The notes under the pieces: generated by a model
Database searches by the model: none
What the model was told of the DNA's origin: nothing
Seen by the model: the letters and a program-made list of their open reading frames with translations, nothing else
Translations under genes and position numbers: made by a program
In this document: positions 24,336 through 35,454 of the stretch, piece after piece
Layout: each line of letters begins with the position of its first letter
How positions within the stretch are numbered: position 1 is the stretch's first letter
NCBI RefSeq assembly: GCF_001194135.2
Contig: NC_068986.1
Location: 99,932,306 to 99,967,759, forward strand
Direction of reading: 5' to 3'
DNA: 35,454 nucleotides
Origin: Octopus bimaculoides
Lineage: Eukaryota

Positions 24336-27300
24336 ATATGTGTGTGTGTGTGTGTGTGTATGTATGTGCATACAGTATGTATCTATACAAGCATACACAT
24401 ACATATATAAATTCATGGATACGCAACTCCTGGATGCCAAATACCTTTAGATGTCTCAGAAACATTGCTCGGAACAAATTTCATTGTTTTTGTAATCAAT
24501 TCAAATAACATGTTGGATGTAGGCAGGGATTGCGTTATAGATAACTGTCTGTTGGTCTACCCTGATTTGGCCGTGCAGATGTCGAATATGTGGCTTGTGT
24601 AGACAACTTTATGAAACGATGAAGAGCTTAATATCTATCTTTTGTTAATTAAAGAGATTTGTACAATCTACAATGCCCACTATGTTTTTTCCAAGATTAT
24701 ACTGTTGTCTATCAGAAATCCAGGTGACACTCGTCAAAACGGTGAAAATGCATGAGCAAAATTATGAATATTTTACAAGCGTTTCTGTCTGTTAGTCTAC
24801 CTGCAACGCAATTCTTATGTGTGCAAGATGTCTGTATTCTCACTCGCCTACTAACAATGATGTATTGCCTCTTCCCCGTAATGCTACCAACACAGTACCA
24901 AAATTATGAAGCAGTTACTTTAAACTCGGTCCAGGAAAGAAGGCATCATGATCACCAGCTCAAATTTGAAAAAAAAGTGTCAAATGCAAGGGAAAGTAAG
25001 AGCCTTATAAACGTGAAAAATAGATTCGGAAGAAATATTGAGCTTGACAGACGGAATCAGTTTACACAGCTTGAAAACGATATGTTGGTGAAGAGAACAT
25101 CATAATTTACAAACGAATCTCACTGAAAACACCAGATTGGTGGATGACTTTTTAAGATAGTTATTGCAAAAAATTTACGGGCTATACAACACATTGGAAA
25201 CGGGCAGAGTCGTAGGATACAGCAACATGATCAGATTAGATGTTTGTAATACATATGTGGATAAGATCAATCGATTTGAATTTTAATTGTTTAAATCACA
25301 CCTAGTTTTAATTATAAGAATATTAATCATTATACATTCTACATGTCTTCTTTATTTACTCACTAATCTTTAATCTTTATGTATATGGTGTATTTAATGT
25401 CAGGTAATACACGTACTCAATTACTGAGTTCTATTTTATTTCAGGTCTTTTGCCTATTTACGTACAATGACTATTATGCCTATTATAAAGGAAGCCAACT
25501 GGCAGAAGCATTTGAGATTCGGACAAAACTCTATGATTTCTTCCAACACTAATAGATCTGAGGTCTTGAAGCTAATAAAGAAATTATTATTATTAGCAGA
25601 ATATTTAGAGCATCGAATAAAATACATTGTAGTATTTCTTCGGGTGTTTCACTTTCTAATGGGACAATTGCTTTTCATATTTTTGTGATCGAAAGCATGA
25701 ACGAAATATTGGACACAGGGGCCAATATTGTATTTCATCTTTTTGGGTCACTAAATTAAAGTACCGTTCAAATACAGTTCTATAATATCGGCTAATCCCC
25801 CAAAAGGCTATCCATGGGCCTCAATCAGAAACAATTTCTTATTGTTATCTATGTTCTTGTTCTGTTATTGTTGTTTACTGTCGTGTAATGATGACTTCAC
25901 ACGTTATCCAATCTATATTTTTATCACATTTTCGGCAATCTTTTTTCTTTAAAAAAAATATGAAAAGCTATTTGTACAGTGTTGTGTCACGCCGAGCCAT
26001 TACAAAGAAAGTTGAAAAATTTATTCAAATATTTTTTACCAGGTTTCGGAGAAAAAAGATGTTGTCATTTTTCACCAATGTTCGATTCTGCGTCGAATAT
26101 TTGCTTGCCTTCTACAGAAAGTATGGAAGATAGGTTGAGAAGAGAAAAGGAACACAACAACACATTAGCGTCTACATTAAAAACAAAATTGAATATGAGA
26201 AAGACTATTTTAAAGCAAAACTCAGAAAATTTAAATGGGAAATAAATAATAACATTTCTGGTGATAATAATATCACTGATAATAGTTTTCGTGATCTACT
26301 AATCAAAACAACACAAACTAAAGTAGAAATATAACAACTACAACTATATCAAAACTTTGAGATATTATTTCAAATGAGGAAATTTTTAGACGCGCATGGG
26401 GTCCAGTTAGAGAAAGACATCAGTGTTCTATCACTTAGGATTCTGCCTTCTTGCCCAAGGAATTTGTCTAAGAGCAGACAAAGCGAATTTTGGTATATTT
26501 ATGCCTGAGAAAGATGGGGAGCGAATTTCATTTGTTTCCATAAAATGAATAGTAGAATGAACTAAATGATGTTTGGAAAAATGTAGCCTCCCTCGGAAGA
26601 GTACGGCATACAGCAGCGGGACACGAAACGTTTCAGTACAGCCGGTTTGGCGTCGCCTATTTAACGTCGCTGATTTTAGGCTGATGTATTTGAGAGACGT
26701 TTTAATGTTTGCCTCATTTCATAACTCCTTTCACCACATTTTCTCTCTCTCTCTCTCTCCCTCTGCTTATGTGTGTGAACATATATCGTTATGACCACAA
26801 GAAGACGGAAAGTGTTTTATGTCAATCGTCTTCAATAAATAAACTGCTATGTCTATCTCTCTCCCGTCTGTTTCTCACTCTTTCTATTTGTATCTGTGTA
26901 TTTCTGTGTATACATGTATTCGTGCGTCAGTGCCTATGCTTCTAAAGCCTAAAAATATTGTCGCCAAAAGACGTTGGATGTCCAGCGGCACCCAATCATC
27001 TTTTTCTCACATCAGGCTTTTAACACAAGAAATGATGCAAAAACAGAGATATTGCCAGACACATTTGGTCACATGATTGTATCGCATCTCACGAGACAGC
27101 TAAATATGTAAGGGTAATTACCAAGGAAACTGACAGTGATATAGATCCCACAAATGGTGTCATGTTTGTAAAGAAATATGGGTAGGTGGTAAGTTTACAG
27201 GAGGCTCAAACTAACAAGATTTCGGTAGGATGTTGGTAGAACTTTGCAAAGCATTATAACCTCTTAAGAATGGAGATATCGTTATGGGTTTCTACTTGTA

Positions 27301-27534
27301 CCCGCAAGATCATTTCGAAAACATTCTTTCTCGAAGTGCCGGAAATACAGAGAGAAAGAGATAGATAGAGTAAGAGAGCGAGAAATGGATAAAGATCAAA
27401 TTACTTCACACCTTATACTTACTGGTTTTGTTCCCAAATATTACAAAAAATTTATGATGATAATAATAATAATAATAATAATAATAATTGTTATTATTAT
27501 TATTATTATCATTATTATTATCAGTGCTATTTTT

Positions 27535-27770
27535 AAGGTAGTGAGCTGGCAGAGTTGTTAGCACGCCGGGCGAATGTAATATTTCGTTTGCCGCTACTTT
27601 CTGAGTTCAAATTCCGCTGAGGTCAACTTTACCTTTCTTTTTTGGGTTTAAAAAAAAAAATTAAATACCCATGAAACACTGGGGTCGATGTAATCGACTA
27701 ATCTACTCGCTCAAAATTTCAGGCTTTGTACCTATACTAGAAAGGGTTATTATCATTATTATTATTTCAT
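27535..27770 (+). mobile_element. SINE family B
   Basis: AAGGTAGTGAGCTGGCAGAGTTGTTAGCACGCCGGGCG..GAGTTCAAATTCC..GGGGTCGATGTAATCGAC, ending in an ATT tail. Confidence 0.85.
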
Positions 27771-27969
27771 ATACGCACCACTGATTAAACTGTTATAAAA
27801 CAAGAATTCCTAACGCTGGACTACAACAAGTAACCTTAGACGCCAAGAACCCTATTTTCTCTATTCTTCTCTTAAAATATTTAGGGATAGCTCCTAATAC
27901 ATCTGTAAATACAAGGGTTACATTTTCCCCAGATTTTCCTTGGTCTCTGTAACTCAATGGCTAGCTCCT

Positions 27970-28430
<461 letters not shown>

Positions 28431-28459
28431 TTTAATTTTTATTTTTATTAATGCATGGG

Positions 28460-28680
28460 TGATGGATCGGCAGGATCGTTAGATCGGTTGACAAAATTCT
28501 TTGTGTATTTATTCCGACGTTTAACGGTATGCGTTCAATTCCCACAGAGGTCAGCTATGCTTTTCATGTTTCTGGGATATGAAATATAGCATATCATTCA
28601 GTTGATAGTATCGACTGATACCATTCCCTGAAAATGTTTGGCTTTGTGTCTAAATCGGAAAAAATTGTTATTTGTATTAT
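28460..28680 (+). mobile_element. Old, diverged SINE B-related copy
   Basis: GGCAGGATCGTTAG..GTTCAATTCCC..TGCTTTTCAT..GGCTTTGTGTCTAAATCGGAAA is colinear with family B. Confidence 0.5.
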
Positions 28681-29341
28681 TTGCAGTAGCGCAGTAACTG
28701 CAGTGGCAACAGCAGCAGCAGCACTAGTAGTAACAGTAGTATTGAAAAATATAAAGACTTACTTAAGAAGCATGAAGAAAATCTCCGTGTAATATGTTCA
28801 ATTTACATTCAATACTTCTAATCATGCTGCTCGAGATACAAAGCATGCAGAGTTTCCAATTAATCAATTTATAGAACCGTATAGGCATACTGTGCTAAGC
28901 ATTTGCTTTGATAATATGAAGAACCCCCATTTGAAATCAAGATTTTTTTTCTACGTTTATTCTTTTATTCGGATATTGCATTCGATTCATGTAGAGGGTG
29001 AATACTATTTCAATTTTAAATTTCTTTCTATCATTTACTTTCTGGCAATGAAAAACATGAGTTACAGTTTTTTCTATATTTTCCACTTGTACATAATAAA
29101 CGCATGCTATGCTCGTACAAAAGCGCTGTTTCTTTATTAAAAACCCGTGTGATAATGTGTGACAATTGTTATTCAATGATATGGACAATTTCCCATCGAC
29201 TAATGCACCGAAAAATAATAATACCTGCTGCACACACACAAACACACACACACGCACTCTCACATACACACACGCACACAGACACACACACGCACACACA
29301 CACACACACATGCATATATATATATATATATNNNNNNNNNN

Positions 29342-29380
<39 letters not shown>

Positions 29381-29714
29381 TGTGTGCATGTATATATTTA
29401 TACACACTCACTCACACATGCCTATACACACACGCACAAACACATGTAAATGCACACATATATTTATATATAATTACATACATAAATATATAATATTCCA
29501 AGTGAAATTTCTTTACTTGAGGCCAAGAGAGAAGGAACGAAGAGAACAGAAAAGAAATTGCTATAAAACACTACTTTCAAATATGTCTGACATTCTGTAT
29601 TGCACGCAAATAAATATGGAACTCCATATGTGGCACAACTGTAGAAATCATGTAACTTTTAAAATGCTGATCAATACAACTCTCCAAATTATGAGCGTAG
29701 GTATGTATGAATGC

Positions 29715-29870
29715 TTGAGAAGATTACGTTGCAAAGGCAATGAAATTCTCAGTTCAATCTCATCGCTAGGCACGTTGAATAAGTGGTTGTCGGCCACAGT
29801 CTAAGGACCACCAAAGTTTTTGTGTGTGAAATTGGGTACAAAAAAAAAAGAACTGCAATAGGCCATGAGA
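29715..29870 (+). mobile_element. Old, diverged SINE A 5' half
   Basis: Degenerate CAGTTCAATCTC..GGCACGTTGAATAAGTG..CCAAAGTTTTTGTG colinear with the family A head. Confidence 0.4.
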
Positions 29871-29989
29871 TGGACTAAGAACCTAAGAATACCACTTTTC
29901 GTGTAAGCTAATTGAACCCGTTATTTTCTTTATGCTCGGGCGATATACTTCACTATATTATTGTCTAAAGAATTTTTGGTGTTGTACTT

Positions 29990-30150
29990 TGGTAAATTCG
30001 CACAGTGGACAAAATTCTAAGCGGTATTTATTTAGGTTTTACTTTTCAATTTAAAATTCCCCTATGTCGACTTGAAATAATCACCAGTTGAGCACTTTTT
30101 TTCATGTAGTCAAATAAACCCTTCCCATAAATTTTCAGGCTCTGTACCTA
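29990..30150 (+). mobile_element. Diverged SINE B copy
   Basis: GACAAAATTCTAAGCGGTATTT..GTCGACTT..CCAGTTGAGCACT..TTTTCAGGCTCTGTACCTATA. Confidence 0.45.
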
Positions 30151-30182
30151 TACATTATTTACATTATTACATTTGACGGATA

Positions 30183-30226
30183 TAACCACTACGCCATATG
30201 CCCATGGGCATATGGCGTAGTGGTTA
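30183..30226. repeat. Perfect 44-bp palindrome
   Basis: TAACCACTACGCCATATGCCCA followed directly by TGGGCATATGGCGTAGTGGTTA, with no spacer. Confidence 0.95.
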
Positions 30227-30270
30227 AGACCACGGGCTACTAACCGCAAAATTCCGAGTTCGTTTTCACC
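30205..30270 (+). mobile_element. Truncated tRNA-like SINE head
   Basis: A box TGGCGTAGTGG, anticodon-like arm CGGG-CTACTAA-CCG, degenerate B box GAGTTCGTTT, and no intact acceptor stem. Confidence 0.55.
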
Positions 30271-30726
30271 GTCCTCTTCTTCCACCACATTTTCTCCTCA
30301 TCATCAATGTTTTTTTATTATTTGGACTACCAACCTCTTGTGCCACATTTTCTGGAAATAACATTTGCACAGTTCTTCAGGCCAATCCATTAAATTTTCC
30401 TCTGGAATTTGAAGACACTGCGAGTGAGACGTGTTAATCCATTTCCAACAACCTGTTGTATAATATAACTCAATTTTATAACGTTTCTTGCTTTCTGAAT
30501 CCAATAAATTATCGTTTTTCTTTCTAAATGAATGCAAATCTATTTAATCGATAAGTGGGATGAATTAATGACGAAAGATTTTGCTACGGAAATCACAACA
30601 GAGATTAGCCAATTAATTGAAGATTTCATTTCTGATGTGTTTCACGCAATTAAATTTCGAGTTTACCACAATATTTCCGCAACACATGCAGCCATTTATG
30701 ATGCCATTTATATCCTCATGACTTAC

Positions 30727-30766
30727 CATAGAGTGACTCATTACAACCTTCAGTAAACCGTGCACC
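30727..30766 (-). CDS. Small internal exon (40 nt, phase 0-1) of the putative receptor gene
   Basis: Acceptor ttgctttctcctttag, donor G|gtaagt, reading GARFTEGCNESLY(D). Phase-compatible with both neighbouring exons. Confidence 0.5.
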
Positions 30767-31403
30767 CTAAAGGAGAAAGCAATATTAACTTATAAATAGA
30801 TATGCGGATAAATGATACGACAGGGACAAAAATACCCCTTCCCTGCATAGATACGACATTAACCTGTATACCTCTTTGGAAAAATGAATTTAGAGGGGTA
30901 CCACAGTGTTGTAAAGAATTGCCTATTGACTGAGGAGTGGAAGAAAAAAACATCAGAAGCACAACAAGCCAATCAAGTTACAGAGAAAGCGCGCAAAACG
31001 TGCGTAGCTTGACGTAGAATATCGTGGTGTTCATGGCCAGAAGATGAATTATGATGTATAAGTGAATGCAGCCTACGTCCAGTGGGACATGCAGGATGAA
31101 CTGATGCTTACACTCAGGGAAACACTGATCCACGAAATCATCATTGCTCAGCTGGAAACCCACCCATCGCAGGTATTTCATTTATGAACATCATGTATCT
31201 TTCCAAGTATCCAGGTAATGCCACTTGGGTTCTCCAATACGTCCGTTTTTAAAACGTTAGGAAGTTATTTTAGGGAATACTAAGAACTATTTCTTGCAGA
31301 TAAAATAAACACTAAAGTGCATACCCCGTCATTTACAGGTGCCTACTCTGAGGTATATCTAAAACATTAGGTTAACCTCTTAAGAATCCCAATATTCCTG
31401 TAC

Positions 31404-31463
31404 CTTTCGAGGCCGAAGAGCATAACCGCAGAATAATTTGGGATTATAAGTTTGAATGAAATA
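31404..31463 (-). CDS. Small internal exon (60 nt, phase 0-0) of the putative receptor gene
   Basis: Acceptor tttttaccatttctctctgtag, donor AAG|gtacag, reading YFIQTYNPKLFCGYALRPRK. Confidence 0.45.
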
Positions 31464-32165
31464 CTACAGAGAGAAATGGTAAAAAGTAAGAACGACAAAT
31501 CTGTGTAGTTTGAAATAAAATATTACAAGGTTTATTATAATATAGTTTCATAGTATAGGCGTAGTGCCTGTATTATATTTTACATCAGACTTGTTGTTTA
31601 ATAAGTGTTAGATTCTAACAAGAAACGTCCATATATATATCATGTATTTAATTTATATGCAGTGAAACTGAATAATTCATGAGTTTCTTGTAATTTATCA
31701 TTTTACGGAATGACTTTTGGAGTCATGTTGAAAGGAATATCATTTCAGCTCTACTGTTAAGCTTTTTTGTTTATTGGAGAAAGTAAATTGTTCGTTATTG
31801 AATGTCTCATCTGAAATAATGACGCCCATCTGTCTGCTGACAAATTTGTAGATGGTTGACTAAGTAAATTCTTTTCAACACTTAGAAATTCAATTATACA
31901 CACACACACACCTATATATATATATATATACACTTTATAGAGGACAAGTTTATTATTTTAAGCAAGAATATTACTAATGACTCTGACTTTGAATTTTCGG
32001 TCAGTTAAGCCATCGTCTGAATGCAGTTCGATTATGGTTTAACTAGGCCAAAATTCAAAATTACTGACAATAATATTGTCTTTTAAGAATTATATATATA
32101 TATATATATTAGAAATAACGAATTTGTAAATCTCTCAGTGAGATATAAGCAGTAGTGACGCGATA

Positions 32166-32466
32166 GAGTAGTTGTATACTGCCAACTTAACGTGACAGTC
32201 CCAATAAGGGAATATACTACTGCTGTTTAGACCTAGGAAGCCAGACCGCTTCCTATTAGGCCTTGACACACTTTCTGTGCCCTTATCCATGCAAAGGGGA
32301 GACAAACTTCTCCAACCAGCCCAGCCTGCATTCAGGTACATGTTTCTGAGTCTTTGCTCGTCGTGTCAAGGCCTAATAGGAAGCGGTCTGGCTTCCTAGG
32401 GCTAAACAGCAGTAGTATATTCCCTTATTGGGACTGTCACGTTAAGTTGGCAGTATACAACTACTT
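32166..32466. mobile_element. MITE/foldback element with 104-bp terminal inverted repeats and a TA target-site-like flank
   Basis: 32166-32269 versus the reverse complement of 32363-32466 match at 102/104 bases, with a 93-bp spacer and TA on both sides. Confidence 0.8.
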
Positions 32467-32829
32467 TATATANNNNNNNNNNNNNNNNNNNNNNNNNNNN
32501 NNNNNNNNNNNNNNNNNNNNNNNNNNNNNNNNNNNNNNNNNNNNNNNNNNNNNNNNNNNNNNNNNNNNNNNNNNNNNNNNNNNNNNNNNNNNNNNNNNNN
32601 NNNNNNNNNNNNNNNNNNNNNNNNNNNNNNNNNNNNNNNNNNNNNNNNNNNNNNNNNNNNNNNNNNNNNNNNNNNNNNNNNNNNNNNNNNNNNNNNNNNN
32701 NNNNNNNNNNNNNNNNNNNNNNNNNNNNNNNNNNNNNNNNNNNNNNNNNNNNNNNNNNNNNNNNNNNNNNNNNNNNNNNNNNNNNNNNNNNNNNNNNNNN
32801 NNNNNNNNNNNNNNNNNNNNNNNNNNNNN

Positions 32830-32868
<39 letters not shown>

Positions 32869-33619
32869 ACACACACAAGGGTTTTCGATGTATTAAAACA
32901 ACCATAAATAAATAATATAGTTTTAGCAAGGATTTTATTATCGTGAAAATAGGACACAAACAAATAACAGTTAATATGGGAGTAGGGAAAATATTTTAAG
33001 ATGACAATTTGTTGGTGACAAAATTCAAGTAAGTAAGAATATATTATATTGGTAGAATATTAATGATTGCACAATTAGATATAGAGGCGAGACGATGATG
33101 TATGTCTGCTCTGTGTTGCCTATCAGTAATACACTTTATGTTATCTTTTGCAAGTCAACGAGGCTCCCTCTACTATAAACAAGAACACGGTACTATTGTT
33201 TTATTTAATGTTTGAGAACTGCAAATTACACAACAGTTCTATCAGAAAATGTGTTCTAGTTATCACTACACGTCTCTTTTCGAGCATCAAGGAATATATT
33301 ATCACATGTATTCTTACTTTTTCTAGTATAGTTTATTTTGGTACTATTCTTTGAAAACGAGGAGACCATTTAGAGGCTTCGTTGTTGGCGTATTTATATA
33401 GTGTGTCTTTGTATGTTTATATTATCCCTGGCACTGAAATACGAAAGAGTCATTTTTTTCTTGAGAACCACAAATCTTCTGATTCAATTTATTTCATGAG
33501 ACCGTAGCCTAAGTCATTCCATTTAAGTGTGTTTGCGCTGAAAGATTACGAGAAGTTTACTTCAAAAGCTGCAACATTTGATGCTATTTCATTTCATTTG
33601 TTATTAGTTATTACCATAC

Positions 33620-33662
33620 AAGATGTGCTGCGGAAATACAACTGTAATGGCTTGTGACTATT
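33620..33662 (-). CDS. Possible further upstream exon (43 nt, phase 2-0)
   Basis: gtctttag|(R)IVTSHYSCISAAHL|gtatgg joins in frame to YFIQTYN, loosely like FRxVPS..A.L..HFNW of ANF-receptor domains. Splice sites are only moderate. Confidence 0.2.
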
Positions 33663-34271
33663 CTAAAGACATCATCGGCGTGAAATAGTTTAGATAAAGA
33701 ATTTGAAGCTCATAGTAGACTATGGTTCATGGGATATCAAATCCACATTTCCGGGCATTTGCTATATTTTAAAATATATTTTCAGGAGTTTTGGGGTAAT
33801 GCATAATTATTTAGTATTCTGAGTCAACAACTTACATCCGACACCTAGCTGTACTATTTCTGTTCAGATATTATTTTTGCCACCAAATTTATGTCTTATG
33901 CAAACGTCCGATGTAACTTCGTAGAAACGAAATCGGTAGAGATATGACTTTGTATTGAAAGTCACGGTTTCATTTTAGAGACTCCTGTCGTGAAGGTAAT
34001 TGAAGTGTCTTTAACTGGGTGGTAATTGAAATCTTTTGCATCAATACTAGAAAAGTGTTAAGGTGGGAATGATTTGTAACAGAGTTGCAAGCGGTGCACA
34101 TTTTTGAGGAACTGTATATGATTTGCTGAAGTACATGCTTAGTTGGACGTTTATTGACCCAGGATAAAGAAAGTCAAATCGACCTCCACATGGTTCGAAC
34201 TTAGAGAACATTTCGACTAAAACTCTTTCGATGATGACACATACCACCACTGATACATAGACACACAGACA

Positions 34272-34305
<34 letters not shown>

Positions 34306-34308
<3 letters not shown>

Positions 34309-34431
34309 GGTGTCCACAAATTATGGGTACATGGGGATTAACACATACTTTAAGAAATAATTATTTCTTATATTTAATTGTTTATGTCATGATTTTATTT
34401 AATCCATGTACCCAGACTTTGTGGACACCCT
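34306..34431. mobile_element. Tc1/mariner-type MITE
   Basis: TA|CAGGGTGTCCACAAATTATGGGTACATGG at the left and CCATGTACCCAGACTTTGTGGACACCCT at the right. The right terminal base and TA are missing. Confidence 0.75.
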
Positions 34432-34705
34432 CAAAATGACTCATTGCATAACCTAAACCTCCACACTGACTCNNNNNNNNNNNNNNNNNNNNNNNNNNNN
34501 NNNNNNNNNNNNNNNNNNNNNNNNNNNNNNNNNNNNNNNNNNNNNNNNNNNNNNNNNNNNNNNNNNNNNNNNNNNNNNNNNNNNNNNNNNNNNNNNNNNN
34601 NNNNNNNNNNNNNNNNNNNNNNNNNNNNNNNNNNNNNNNNNNNNNNNNNNNNNNNNNNNNNNNNNNNNNNNNNNNNNNNNNNNNNNNNNTATATATATAT
34701 ATACA

Positions 34706-34752
<47 letters not shown>

Positions 34753-35454
34753 ATATATCAATTTATATATATATATATATTTTGAGACACACGGAGGAAT
34801 TTACAGGCAAATTTGAACTCGTAATATGAACACAGACGTTTCCTGCACATGCATAACGAAATAACGGAAGGTATTGTTTACGGTGCTCACCACACTCGTA
34901 TGCATTTGCCTATGCGAACGTTAGCCATATTATTGATACAGAAATATGAATTAACCATATCGACTTCGTCTACATTCGAACATAGATACCGAAATTTGAA
35001 TGTTTTATACTGCGAAACAGCTTACATAATCGTTTGCATAATTTCAATGATAGAATTTGCATTACGTCCTTGATCATGCAGCTGAACTCATTCCACACTT
35101 AGAGTATGAAGCAAATGAAATGACAGTTGATCTGCCTATTGTAACCAATATATTTCCACTTCTATTAGAGACCATAACACATACTTTCATGCAAGTATAT
35201 GTCACTTATATATACATGGATACGTACATAGATCGATATACTCACATGCATATACACGCATATATCTGAGTTGGCATGCATCGTGGTGCATGTATGATTA
35301 TTAATTAAACACAGAAAAAACACCTAAAAATTTGTAATTGATACGAAGCGAGAAATTGTAAAACGTGAATGAGATCATTTATTAGCGTGTGTATGTCTAT
35401 GTACACGTACACATACACACACATACATAGACACACACACAACTATATATATAT

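Noticed and set aside
21329-26120. Plus-strand exon chain (21329-21402 CLVNYRYCV.., 25445-25552, 26043-26120 GEKRCCHF..)
   Set aside because: Splice sites are plausible, but there is no recognisable family, no start exon, and competing transposon-like readings exist.
33730-33765. KCGFD motif typical of the guanylyl cyclase juxtamembrane region
   Set aside because: Followed by a stop two codons later and lies upstream of exons it should follow.

Overview
AT-rich, microsatellite-saturated animal draft-assembly DNA with about 12 N-gaps, mostly bounded by simple repeats. The repeat families and microsatellite density are consistent with an octopus or other coleoid cephalopod (inference). No prokaryotic features are present, and most listed ORFs are artefacts of simple repeats or N runs. 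Supported content: (1) three tRNA-derived SINE families in many copies; (2) decayed autonomous elements: a mariner transposase, an RTE LINE, an L1/Tx1-like LINE fragment and a Penelope-like RT; (3) two MITE-like inverted-repeat elements; (4) phase-compatible minus-strand exons (31404-31463, 30727-30766, 22841-22986, 13557-13745) that appear to encode part of an ANF-receptor/receptor guanylyl cyclase-type extracellular domain, which would make most of the window intronic. The most interesting signal is a hammerhead-ribozyme core at 1044-1116 (minus strand) whose three segments lie in a non-circularly permuted order, inside a putative Penelope-type terminal repeat. All family calls come from manual translation and motif recognition; no searches were run.
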